64,000 bases of DNA from positions 2,624,001-2,688,000 of the forward strand of contig CBDCCI010000002.1 of the NCBI GenBank assembly GCA_965214705.1. The letters run 5' to 3'. This document shows positions 40,646 to 49,766 of this stretch, piece after piece; the first letter of the stretch is position 1; every line of letters begins with the position of its first letter. The translations under genes and the position numbers were made by a program. The notes beneath the pieces were generated by a model that saw nothing but the letters and a program-made list of their open reading frames with translations, did not search any database and had not been told where the DNA came from. The DNA is from Alphaproteobacteria bacterium. Lineage in GTDB: Bacteria > Pseudomonadota > Alphaproteobacteria > UBA828.

Positions 40646-41719
40646 TCAGAGCTCCGTGTTGAACGGCACTTGGACCGATCCATCGAGGATGCCCGCCCGC
40701 GCCGCCTCGACCGCGGGCCACGCCTGGTCGGACCGCGCGACGATAGCCGCCGGCCCCTGCTCTCGATAGAGCGGCGAGCGGAGGAAGTCGATGACGCCGC
40801 TGCCGAGGCCCGTCGGGACATGCCGCCCGCCCTGCCACTCGGCGGCCAGCGCCGCGCTGGTCTCGTTATGGAGAGACTGGCCGAAGTCGAGGCTGACCAC
40901 CCCGATCACGGAGGCGGGCCCGAGCGGGTACTGGGCCGGATCGAGTGCGCTGACCATGGCGCCCTCGCGCTCGTTGGCCGCCTGGATAATGCCGCCGTCG
41001 GTCGCGGCGGAATCGGTCTGGATGTAGTCGATCCCGTCCAGGAACATCTGGCTCGCGATCTCGTAGCCCTTGGCCGGGTCCTGGAAGGAGCCCGCGAAGG
41101 CGGCGGTAACGCTGGCGTCCGGGTTGACCGCGTGCACGCCTGCCTTGAGCGCGTTGTAGTCGGCATTGATCGGCGGAATGCTGATGCCGCCGATGAAGCC
41201 GATCTGCTTCGATTGCGAGACGTGCGCGGCGAAGATGCCCGACAGATAGCAGCCGAGATAGTAGTCGTAGGAGACCGTCACCAGGTTTCCGATCGGCGGG
41301 TCGACGGCGTCGCCGAAGAGCTGGATCCACTTGGTATCGGGGTAGATCGGGGCCACCGCCTTGAAGGCCTCGGAGATGACCGGGAAGGTCCCGAGCACGA
41401 TGGAGGCACCCGCATCGCCAAGGGTGCGCAGCACGGTCTCGTAAGTCGCCGGGTCCTGGGCATAGATCGTGCGGGTCTCGAAGCCTTGCGCCTCCGAGAA
41501 TTGGTTGAGCCGGCCCATCATGGAATCGATGGGGCCGCTGTCGCCGGCCGCCTGGGTGTGAACCAGAGCGACGAGGCCTGCGCCCGCACGCGCGGCAAAG
41601 GGCAGCGCAACACTCGCGCCGACGACCGCAGAAACGCCGGCGGTCGCCGCCAGGAACCTGCGGCGGCTGAGGCGCGCAAACGGTGCGCCTGGACCAATCG
41701 CATTCGGCTTGTTCGACAT
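40646..41719 (-). CDS. BMP/PnrA-family nucleoside-binding protein, Tat signal
   Basis: SRRRFLA, GDSGPID, IGFIGGISIP, GSFQDPAKG. Confidence 0.85.
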   Translation of the reverse strand: MSNKPNAIGPGAPFARLSRRRFLAATAGVSAVVGASVALPFAARAGAGLVALVHTQAAGDSGPIDSMMGRLNQFSEAQGFETRTIYAQDPATYETVLRTLGDAGASIVLGTFPVISEAFKAVAPIYPDTKWIQLFGDAVDPPIGNLVTVSYDYYLGCYLSGIFAAHVSQSKQIGFIGGISIPPINADYNALKAGVHAVNPDASVTAAFAGSFQDPAKGYEIASQMFLDGIDYIQTDSAATDGGIIQAANEREGAMVSALDPAQYPLGPASVIGVVSLDFGQSLHNETSAALAAEWQGGRHVPTGLGSGVIDFLRSPLYREQGPAAIVARSDQAWPAVEAARAGILDGSVQVPFNTEL

Positions 41720-41796
41720 GGCGTTTTTCCTCCTCTCCCACGGGCGCCCGTTGCGCCCGGTTGGCATTCGTGGGCAGGCCCCCATCGGCGGACCGT

Positions 41797-42123
41797 TCAA
41801 TCGGCGATGGGCGGTGAGCAGGGCGCCGGGTTCATCACCATCACGTCCTGCTCCTGGATCGCGTCGAGCGCCCAGACCGACTGGATGAAGGCCTGCCATG
41901 CGGGGTCCGCGCCCATCGCGGCGCGGCGCTGCTCGCGGTCGGCCAGGCTCTGGTAGGCCCAGATCAGGACAATCCGATGCAGCCGGCCGATCTCGGAGAC
42001 GTAGAGCCCGACGAAGCGGCCGAGATGGCGCCTCTGGATCGGCAGGCCTTCCGCCTCGTACTTCTTGAGCCAGCCATCCACTGTGCCGGGACGAAACGTG
42101 TAGGTGCGATGCTCGACGATCAT
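41797..42123 (-). CDS. NIPSNAP-family protein
   Basis: MIVEHRTY...EIGRLHRIVLIWAYQSLADREQRRAAM..DPAW. Confidence 0.9.
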   Translation of the reverse strand: MIVEHRTYTFRPGTVDGWLKKYEAEGLPIQRRHLGRFVGLYVSEIGRLHRIVLIWAYQSLADREQRRAAMGADPAWQAFIQSVWALDAIQEQDVMVMNPAPCSPPIAD

Positions 42124-43781
42124 TCCTGGGTCCCCTCCAGCGGCGCATGGGCTTCGCCCACGCCGAGAATGAACTCGGCCGCCTTCTCGCCGATCATGAT
42201 GGCGGGCGCGTTGGTGTTGCCGCTGACGATGACCGGCATGACCGAGGCGTCGGCGACCCTGAGCCCGGCGATACCGTGGACGGCGAGTCGGGCGTCCACC
42301 ACGGCCATCGGGTCCCCTCCCATGCGGCAGGTGCCGACGGGATGAAAGGTCGTCATGGCGTTGGCCCGGAGCCACGCGGTGAGGTCGGTATCGCTCTGCA
42401 CCGCCGCGCCAGGCGCAAGCTCGGGGCCGCGGTAGGCGTCGAAGGCCGGCTGTGCGATCACATCACGAACCATGCGGATGCCCGCGATCGTCGTGCGGCA
42501 GTCGGCCTCGCTTTGCAGATAGTTGGGCTGAATCAGCGGCGCGTCGGCGGGATTGGCGGAGCGCAGGCCGATCCAGCCCCGGCTCTCAGGATTGAGCGGT
42601 CCCACGCGCAGGCTGAAGCCGTGGGAATCCTCCAGCGGTGCCTTCCGGAACGGATTGGGGACGTGCAGGTTCGCCGCGCTTTCCAGCGCCGGCATGAAGT
42701 GCACCTGGATGTCCGGCGCCACCTTCTCCGCCCGGCTCTTGAGGAAAGCGCCGGCTTCGTATGGGAAGGTGGTCGCGACGCCGCGGCCGAACAGCATCCC
42801 CTCCGCCACCGAGCGGATGAGCCTGTCGGCGCGCAAGTCCCGGTAGAGGGTAATGGACTTGGTGCAGGCATAGGCGAGGACGCAATCGACGTGGTCCTGC
42901 AAGTTGCGTCCGACGCCGGGAAGTTCGTGCACCACCGAGATGCCGTGCCGCTTGAGCACGTCACCGGGCCCGATCCCCGAGAGCATGAGGAGCTGGGGCG
43001 AGTTGACGGTGCCGGCGCAAAGGATGACCTCACGCTCGGCGCGGATGGTCCGCGCACCGGCCTGCTGCGCGACCTCGATCCCGGTGGCGCGGGCTCCCTC
43101 CACGCTCACGCGGTGCACCAGGCTATTGGTTAGAATCGCCAGATTGCGCCGATGTCGGATCGGGTTGAGGAAGGCGGTGGAGGCTGAGCAGCGCCTGCCC
43201 CGCCTGATGGTGAAGTCGTATCGGCCGACGCCTTCTTGCTCGTCGGCCCCGTTGAAGTCGTCGTTGACGGGATGACCCGCTTGGCGGCCCGCCTCGACGA
43301 ATGCGTCGAAAAGCGGATTGACGCCGCGCGCGCGGCAGACCGTGAGCTCGCCTTCCGTCCCGTGGTAGGCCCCATCCCGCTCCAGGTGCCCTTCGGAGCG
43401 GCAGAAAGCCGGCAGGACCTCGTCGTAGGACCATCCTGGGAGACCCATTTGCGCCCAGCGATCGTAGTCGTGGCGATTGCCGCGCACGTAGATCATGCCG
43501 TTGATGGTGGACGAGCCGCCGAGCACCTTGCCGCGCGGCCAGTAGAGCGAGCGGCCCTCCAGGCTATGTACCGGCTCGGTGTGATAGCGCCAGTTGTAGA
43601 TGCCCGAGTGGAACAGCTTGCCCATCAGCATGGGCAGGCGAAACAGGGGGTTGCGGTCCTTCCCGCCGGCCTCGATCAGCAGCACCGAGCGGTCGGGATC
43701 TGCCGAGAGCCGGTTGGCGAGCACGCAACCGGCAGAGCCTGCGCCCACGACGATGTAGTCGTATGACCGATTGCGGGGCAT
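42120..43781 (-). CDS. GMC oxidoreductase (choline dehydrogenase-like)
   Basis: YDYIVVGAGSAG, RGKVLGGSSTING, NSPQLLMLSGIG, HPVGTCRMG, GNTNAP. Confidence 0.93.
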   Translation of the reverse strand: MPRNRSYDYIVVGAGSAGCVLANRLSADPDRSVLLIEAGGKDRNPLFRLPMLMGKLFHSGIYNWRYHTEPVHSLEGRSLYWPRGKVLGGSSTINGMIYVRGNRHDYDRWAQMGLPGWSYDEVLPAFCRSEGHLERDGAYHGTEGELTVCRARGVNPLFDAFVEAGRQAGHPVNDDFNGADEQEGVGRYDFTIRRGRRCSASTAFLNPIRHRRNLAILTNSLVHRVSVEGARATGIEVAQQAGARTIRAEREVILCAGTVNSPQLLMLSGIGPGDVLKRHGISVVHELPGVGRNLQDHVDCVLAYACTKSITLYRDLRADRLIRSVAEGMLFGRGVATTFPYEAGAFLKSRAEKVAPDIQVHFMPALESAANLHVPNPFRKAPLEDSHGFSLRVGPLNPESRGWIGLRSANPADAPLIQPNYLQSEADCRTTIAGIRMVRDVIAQPAFDAYRGPELAPGAAVQSDTDLTAWLRANAMTTFHPVGTCRMGGDPMAVVDARLAVHGIAGLRVADASVMPVIVSGNTNAPAIMIGEKAAEFILGVGEAHAPLEGTQE

Positions 43782-43784
43782 CTG

Positions 43785-44630
43785 TTACCAGTCCACCGCA
43801 GCCGCGCCCATCGCCTTGAGACGCTGGTTGCAGAGCGTGAACGGATTCTCTTGCCCGAGGACCTCGTCGGCTGCCGCCGGATGCGGGCGGAGGATGAGGC
43901 GCTCGTCGCCTGCGTCGGACCCGTTTAGCCCCGCCGCGCTGAGCGTCTCCGCCGCCGCGTCGCCGAAGCCCAGGAAAACGACCGGCGTTCTTCTCCGCGC
44001 GAGATGGTCGAGCACCCGAGCCATCAACGGCCGCCAGAGCGGCAGATGCCCCCGCGCCTGATGCGGATCGCCCGCGCGCTGGAAGCGGGTCAGCGTGAGC
44101 GAGGCGTTGAGGAGCAGCGCGCCGGACCTCACCCAGCGATCGGCAAGGTCCGCAGGCTCTTCAAGCTCGACTGCGCCGTCCTCGATAGCCGCCAGTGTTG
44201 CCGGCCATTGCGCGAAGCTGCGGGCGTAATCCGCCTCCCCGGTCCGGGCGGCCACGATGAGCTGAACGACCGCACGCACGCTGGGGGAGAACATCTTGTC
44301 GAGCTCCCGCCAGCGAGCGACGTTGCCGGCTTCGAAGGCCCGTCCGGTGGCGAAGGCGGGGCAGGGATAGGGGTCCTGGCCCAGGATCACGCAGCGCACG
44401 TCCTCCGGCGCGACCCCGTCGAAGGCGCGGAACATGTGTGCGCCCGCCGGAGCACCCGGAAGGGTCCGGCCTCGCCGGGCGGGAAAGATCGGCTCCCAGG
44501 GTCCAAGCTCTAGCGTGGCGTCAACCTGCTCGAAGCCCAGCGCGACATCGGTGATGACGTCGCGCCAAGGGGACGCGATGTCTTCCTGCCAGCCCTCGAG
44601 CGTCTCCCGGAGCGCCGCCCTCAGTTGCAT
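43785..44630 (-). CDS. Family-1 uracil-DNA glycosylase-fold protein with divergent motif B
   Basis: VILGQDPYP, GRAF, SPSV, LLLNASLT, HPAAAD, terminal VDW. Start 44630 preferred because the 44678 ATG lies inside the operator. Confidence 0.85.
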   Translation of the reverse strand: MQLRAALRETLEGWQEDIASPWRDVITDVALGFEQVDATLELGPWEPIFPARRGRTLPGAPAGAHMFRAFDGVAPEDVRCVILGQDPYPCPAFATGRAFEAGNVARWRELDKMFSPSVRAVVQLIVAARTGEADYARSFAQWPATLAAIEDGAVELEEPADLADRWVRSGALLLNASLTLTRFQRAGDPHQARGHLPLWRPLMARVLDHLARRRTPVVFLGFGDAAAETLSAAGLNGSDAGDERLILRPHPAAADEVLGQENPFTLCNQRLKAMGAAAVDW

Positions 44631-44670
44631 CGCTACCGGCTCCGCTCGCCTCGCCTGAATCGGAAAAACC

Positions 44671-44718
44671 TGACACATGTGTCATGTTTCACGATCCATC
44701 AACCTGACATGCGCGTCA
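44671..44718. promoter_or_regulatory. Two TGAC-N6-GTCA palindromes (putative operators of the RutR-like regulator)
   Basis: TGACACATGTGTCA (44671-44684, perfect) and TGACATGCGCGTCA (44705-44718) in the divergent intergenic region. Same half-sites and spacing as the E. coli RutR box TTGACCANNTGGTCAA. Confidence 0.7.
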
Positions 44719-44809
44719 AGTATTTTGTGCCCCTCCAGCCTGAATGTGGGGCTAGACTGCGAGCGGCGCTGCCGATGGACCTCGTCGGCGAGCAGTGCAG
44801 GGGACGAAA

Positions 44810-45472
44810 ATGGCGAAGGCAGTGCGTGCGGGCGAACGGAAGGAAACGCCGGAGCTGCGTATCCGGGCCCGGAACGAGGAGAAAATCCTACGCGCCGCCG
44901 TCGGCCTCTTTGCCGACAAGAGCTTTCACGGCACCCATATCAAGGAAATCGCGAGGGTTTGCGGCCTGCCGAAGACGAATGTCTATTACTACTTCCCCAC
45001 CAAGGAGAGCATCTATACGGCGGTGATCGAGCGGCTGATCGAGGGCTGGGACCGCGCCTTCGAGCATATCGTGCCCGAGCGCGAACCACGCGAGGCCATC
45101 GCTGCCTATATTCGTGCAAAGCTCGAGTATTCCCGCCGCCACACCACCGAATCCCGCTTCTTTGCCAACGAGATTTTGCGCGGCGCACAGTTTCTGGAAC
45201 GGCGCCAGCGCCAGCATATCCGCGAGGTCACCGACCAGCGCGCCCACGTGGTGGAGGAATGGATCAGGCGGGGACACATGGCGCCGGTGGACCCGCGCCA
45301 CTTCTTCATCATGCTGTGGTCCGCGACCCAGTTCTACGCGGATTTCGGAATGCTGGCCGCCGACGTGCTCGGGCGGCGACGGCTCACGAGGACGGACTTC
45401 GACGCTGCGGCCGAGACCATGACCAAGGTCATCCTGGACGGATGCTGCGGCCCAGCCGCATCGTCGCAATGA
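44810..45472 (+). CDS. RutR-like TetR-family regulator
   Basis: HTH ILRAAVGLFA...NVYYYFPTKE; C-terminus YIRAKLEYSR...SRFFANEILRGA...WSATQFYADF. Confidence 0.88.
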   Translation: MAKAVRAGERKETPELRIRARNEEKILRAAVGLFADKSFHGTHIKEIARVCGLPKTNVYYYFPTKESIYTAVIERLIEGWDRAFEHIVPEREPREAIAAYIRAKLEYSRRHTTESRFFANEILRGAQFLERRQRQHIREVTDQRAHVVEEWIRRGHMAPVDPRHFFIMLWSATQFYADFGMLAADVLGRRRLTRTDFDAAAETMTKVILDGCCGPAASSQ

Positions 45473-45687
45473 GAGCAGCTCAGTTCCTCTCGCAGGAAGG
45501 CCTTGGCTGCCCGACGGTGACGGCGAAGCCTGCGCTGCCGGCGCAAACGCCTTCATGAATTAATCTGTTACCTCGTACTTCCTAGAATGCCGACCGGAAG
45601 CCGCGCAGTTGTTCGGGGGCTGGCTCCGCGAATGCGCGGCGGGCGCTGCCGCTCAAGCCCCGCCCGGGTCAAACGCCAATTGCACAC

Positions 45688-45745
45688 TGTCAATCGGCTT
45701 TCAATATTGACCCCCAGATTGGAGTCAATTTCCCACGATTAACAA
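45688..45745 (+). mobile_element. Solo IS21-like end
   Basis: TGTCAATCGGCTTTCAATATTGACCCC resembles IS21-family termini; no transposase is adjacent. Confidence 0.45.
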
Positions 45746-45840
45746 CAGTCAAGGAGCCAGATTGGATCCGGATTGCTCTCCCGGACGAAGGCGGCGAGGG
45801 GTTCATCTACGCGCCGCTGCTGGGCGAGCCGGAGGTAGCG

Positions 45841-46135
45841 GTGCTCAAGCCGTTCGGTCCGAACTGGTCAATCACCGAGAACCAGCCTTGCCAGGTGTGG
45901 AATCACAGCAACCGCGACTACGAGCCGTTCGCCAGGTCTGGCGGGTGCGTGGACGGCAAGGCCTCGGGCGAGGGCCAGTTGACCTACCGCGGTGGAGCGG
46001 GGTTCTGGTTTGGGACGACGGTTTCCGCTACGAAGGCGAACTTCGCGACGGTAGGCAGCACGGCCGAGGTACGTTTGTGAGGGCGAATGGCAATCGATAC
46101 GAGGGCGAGTGGCGCGACGGCCGGCCGCACGGGCA
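45841..46135 (+). pseudogene. MORN-repeat protein relic
   Basis: SGGCVDGKASGEG, then (frameshifted) GFRYEGELRDGRQHGRGTFVRANGNRYEGEWRDGRPHG. Confidence 0.75.
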
Positions 46136-46160
46136 GCTATCGCCCCAGGGCGCAAGGAGG

Positions 46161-47518
46161 CATATGCGCTAACTTGTTTGCGGTTCTTCGATGAAGCGTT
46201 CCGCGGTTTGGGTCAGGCGCCGTCGGGACGGTTCGGAGAGGGATTTGGAGATCTGGTTCCATTGGTCGATCACCTCGGCGAGGGACAAATGGGGTTCGAT
46301 GGCTCGCACGCCCTGGTTGAGCATGAACCTGAAGTCACGCCAGGCGCTGTGCGGCCGGCAGCGCCTCCAGGCTGTATCCCCAGGGGGAAACCGTGCCGGC
46401 ATGACGGATCAGCTTTTCCACCAGCAGCGCCACCAGGAGTTTGCCGTAGAGCCACGCCTTGGCGCTCTCGTCGTCGTATTTGGGCAGATGCCCCAACTGC
46501 GCCAGAGACTTGAAGCGCTTGAAGACCAGTTCGACCTGCCAGCGGGTGCGATACCACTCCAGGACCTGCGCCGCGCTGAAGGCCGCTTCGGGAAAGGTCG
46601 TGAACACGATGACGTAGCGCGCGAACTCCAGGGTTCGCGGCCGAACCTGCTTGCCCTTGCGCCCGGCCTCCTTGCGCAGCTTGCGCTGCGCCAGCCTGAT
46701 GGCTTCCTGCGTCTTTCTGATCGCGCACACGCGCCCCGGCACCGCGATGCCGTCGCCGACCGCCAGCACGGGCCAGGATCGCACGCTGCCGACCCGCTTC
46801 AGCGTCGTGACGTGTGCAAGCAGGTCGAACGGCGCGCCGTCGCGCGTTCGAAGCGACAGCGACCCGGTGTTCACGCGCACGGTGACGTGACCCCCCGCAG
46901 ACACCACGTGGTGGAGGCCCGCAGCAGTCGAGTACGCCCGGTCGGCGAGCACAAAGTCGCCCTCGCCGACCGGGAACTGCGAGAACGCCTCGCCCGTGCC
47001 CCGTCCCTCGCTCGCCGTGAGCTTGAAGAAGTCGCACGCCAGCGACGGAAGGCGCACGCTGTAGTGCAGGCGCCACAGCGCCCCGGTCCGGCCCGGCTCC
47101 TTCACCGTCGTCGCGTCGAAGGCCCTGACCTGGAACCCGCCAGCGGCCGACATCGCCATCCCCTGTTCGCGAAACAGCGCGACGCACAACGCGTGAAGCC
47201 AATCCCCCGACTTCCTCAGCCGCTTCAACAAGGCCACGTCGGACAGATCGGCCAGGTTCGCCTTCCTCGCACGCACCACGGTCTCGCGCAGCGAGTGTCC
47301 GCAGGCCAGATGCAGCAACAGCGTGCGCAGCAGGGCATCGACCGACTTGTCCTTGCGCAGACCCTTCAAGGCCCCGGTCTCCCGTGCCAACTCCCGCCAG
47401 CCCTCGGGCAGAAACAACGACACCACTTCCCACTCCTCGTCCATCCGCCAAGCCTCCCCGCAGCGCGCACCAACCCACAATACGGAGTGCCGACATGACA
47501 AACAAGTTAGCGCTTATG
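46161..47518 (-). mobile_element. IS4-family insertion sequence
   Basis: 20-bp IR CATA(T/A)GCGCTAACTTGTTTG; no clean TSD seen. Confidence 0.82.
46335..47444 (-). CDS. IS4-family transposase
   Basis: AFDATT, LADRAY, YRTRWQVELVFKRFKS. Confidence 0.9.
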   Translation of the reverse strand: MDEEWEVVSLFLPEGWRELARETGALKGLRKDKSVDALLRTLLLHLACGHSLRETVVRARKANLADLSDVALLKRLRKSGDWLHALCVALFREQGMAMSAAGGFQVRAFDATTVKEPGRTGALWRLHYSVRLPSLACDFFKLTASEGRGTGEAFSQFPVGEGDFVLADRAYSTAAGLHHVVSAGGHVTVRVNTGSLSLRTRDGAPFDLLAHVTTLKRVGSVRSWPVLAVGDGIAVPGRVCAIRKTQEAIRLAQRKLRKEAGRKGKQVRPRTLEFARYVIVFTTFPEAAFSAAQVLEWYRTRWQVELVFKRFKSLAQLGHLPKYDDESAKAWLYGKLLVALLVEKLIRHAGTVSPWGYSLEALPAAQRLA

Positions 47519-47543
47519 GGGACAGGGGGAGGTAGGCATCTTT

Positions 47544-48221
47544 TCAGGCCGTGTCGAGGCCCGCCTGCCAGAACGCGGCCTCCAGCCGGGTCGCGGTGCG
47601 GAAGGTCTCGGCAAGCTGCGCGAAGCGTCCGGCGCCGCCGCGTCGCGCTGCAAGCGCATCCAGTGCCTCGATCTCGGCACACATGAACGCCTGGTACTGA
47701 TCGCCAGCATACATTTCGATCCAGGGGCCGTAGGGATTGCCCGCGCCATGCGCCCCAGGCTCGGCCGCAAGGCGGGCGCCGATCTCGCCGTAGCCGATGA
47801 CGCAGGGCGCCAGCGCCACGCGCAGGTCGAGCAGGTCGCCCGCCAGCCCGCGCTCCAGCACGTAAGCCGTATAGGCGAGGGTCGCACCATCGGCCTCGAC
47901 CGCTTCCAGGTCGGCCTCCACGATCCCCCAGTCGGCGCAGTAGGCCCGGTGCAGGTCCATCTCCACCTCGACCAGCGCCTTGAGGCCGTCGGACGCCGCG
48001 CGGATCTCGGCCAGCGTGTCCGCCTTGTATGCGGCGAGCCCATAGGCGCGGGCGAACTGGATCAGGAACAGGTAATCCTGGACCAGGTAGTGGCGGAACG
48101 CGGCCTCCGGCAGGGTGCCGTCGCTGAGGCCCTGCACGAAGGGATGCTCGACATACGCCTGCCAGTCGTCCCCGGCGGCCTCGCGCAGAGCAGCGAAGAA
48201 GCCCGTCTCCGCCTCCGTCAT
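47544..48221 (-). CDS. tenA: Thiaminase II / TenA
   Basis: HPFV, FRHYLVQDYLFL, ALAPCVIGYGEIG, WIEMY, LEAAFW. Confidence 0.9.
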   Translation of the reverse strand: MTEAETGFFAALREAAGDDWQAYVEHPFVQGLSDGTLPEAAFRHYLVQDYLFLIQFARAYGLAAYKADTLAEIRAASDGLKALVEVEMDLHRAYCADWGIVEADLEAVEADGATLAYTAYVLERGLAGDLLDLRVALAPCVIGYGEIGARLAAEPGAHGAGNPYGPWIEMYAGDQYQAFMCAEIEALDALAARRGGAGRFAQLAETFRTATRLEAAFWQAGLDTA

Positions 48222-48270
48222 CGTCGAACGTCCCGCCTGGCCTGCGTGGGATGGGGCGCCGGGCACTCCA

Positions 48271-48597
48271 TCACATCATGTTGCTGGTTTCTGCCGGCAG
48301 CGTTACCACCAGCCCGTCCAGCGCCTCGGTGATGACGATCTGGCAGCCGAGGCGCGACGTGCGTGTGAGGCCCAGCGCGAGGTCGAGCATGTCCTCCTCG
48401 TCCTCGCACTTCTCATCGAGCTTGCCGTACCAGGCAGGGTCGACGATGACGTGGCAGGTCGAGCAGGCCATGGCGCCCTCGCACGCGCCCTCGATGTCGA
48501 TGCCGTGGCGGAACGCGATATCCAGCACGGAGTCGCCAATGGGCGCCTCGACCTCGTGGCGCGTGCCGTCGGGGTCGATGAAGGTCATGGTGGGCAC
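48271..48597 (-). CDS. fdx: Adrenodoxin-type 2Fe-2S ferredoxin
   Basis: GACEGAMACSTCHV...SRLGCQ. Confidence 0.93.
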   Translation of the reverse strand: MPTMTFIDPDGTRHEVEAPIGDSVLDIAFRHGIDIEGACEGAMACSTCHVIVDPAWYGKLDEKCEDEEDMLDLALGLTRTSRLGCQIVITEALDGLVVTLPAETSNMM

Positions 48598-48611
48598 GGG
48601 TCGGGCGCGGC

Positions 48612-49766
48612 CTATCCTGCGGCGGCCGAGACGCCGGCCTTCCAGCGGTTGGTGAGGCCCGCATAGAGCGCCCGCCAGGCGCCCAGGAAGCGCTCGACCT
48701 CGTCCTCGGTCGTGGCCCACCCCAGGCTGACCCGGATGGCACAGCCGCCCACCGCGTCCGGCGCACCGAGCGCGCGCAGCACATGACTGGGCTCCACCTT
48801 GCCCGAGGAGCAGGCGGAGCCAGCGCTCACCGCGACGCCCGCGAGATCGAGGCCCATGACCTGCGTTTCGCTCTGCACGCCCGGCATGGTGAGGCAGCTG
48901 GTGTTGGGCAGGCGCGACGCTCCTTCGCTGAAGATGACGACATCGGGCTCGGTCTCGCGCAGCCGCGCCTCCAGCCGGTCGCGCAGGGCTGCGATCTCGC
49001 CTGCCCGCGCGAGGTCGTCACGGGCAAGGGCGGCTGCCGCGCCGAAGCCGACGATTCCGGCGGCGTTCTCGGTGCCGCCGCGCAGACCCCGCTCCTGCCC
49101 GCCGCCGGTGACGAGCGGCGCGATGTCTAGGCCTGAGCGCACGATCAGCGCGCCGATCCCCTTGGGGCCGGCGAACTTGTGGGCGGCGATGCTCATCATG
49201 TCCACGCCAAGCCCGGCGAAGGAGACCGGAATCCGGCCCGGCGCCTGCACCGCATCGCAATGCACCAGCGCGCCCGCCACCTTGGCTCGTGACGCGATCT
49301 CGGCCACTGGCTGGATCACGCCGGTCTCGTTGTTCGCCAGCATGACCGAGACCAGCGCCTCCGGCCCGTGCGCCGCCAGCGCGCCGTCGAGTGCTGCCAT
49401 GTCCAGCACGCCGTCGCCATCCACCGGGAGCACGACGAGGTCGTCCGCCACCGCCTCGGCCGTGCGCAGGATCGCCGGATGCTCGATGGCGCTGACGATC
49501 AGCGCCCGTCGGCCGGCGCCGCGCAGCGCGGTGTTGTTGGCCTCGGTGCCGCCTGCGGTGAAGACCAGCTCCGCCGGGGTGCAGTCGACCAGCGCCGCGA
49601 TCTGCTCGCGCGCGTCCTCGATGCGCTTGCGCACGTCGCGGCCGAAGCCGTGCACCGACGACGGGTTGCCGGCCAGCATCATCGCCTCGGCCACCGCCTC
49701 CACCACCTGCGGTTTGATCGGCGCCGTGGCGTTGTAGTCGAGATAGATCGGGCCCGAACTGCTCAT
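48612..49766 (-). CDS. iscS: Cysteine desulfurase (IscS/NifS group I)
   Basis: YLDYNAT, GNPSS, NNETG, AHKFAGPKG, SAGSACSSG. Confidence 0.88.
   Translation of the reverse strand: MSSSGPIYLDYNATAPIKPQVVEAVAEAMMLAGNPSSVHGFGRDVRKRIEDAREQIAALVDCTPAELVFTAGGTEANNTALRGAGRRALIVSAIEHPAILRTAEAVADDLVVLPVDGDGVLDMAALDGALAAHGPEALVSVMLANNETGVIQPVAEIASRAKVAGALVHCDAVQAPGRIPVSFAGLGVDMMSIAAHKFAGPKGIGALIVRSGLDIAPLVTGGGQERGLRGGTENAAGIVGFGAAAALARDDLARAGEIAALRDRLEARLRETEPDVVIFSEGASRLPNTSCLTMPGVQSETQVMGLDLAGVAVSAGSACSSGKVEPSHVLRALGAPDAVGGCAIRVSLGWATTEDEVERFLGAWRALYAGLTNRWKAGVSAAAG

Noticed and set aside
43785-44630. Calling the UDG-like gene a plain ung
   Set aside because: Motif B divergence and the catabolic operon context make orthology uncertain, so no symbol was assigned.
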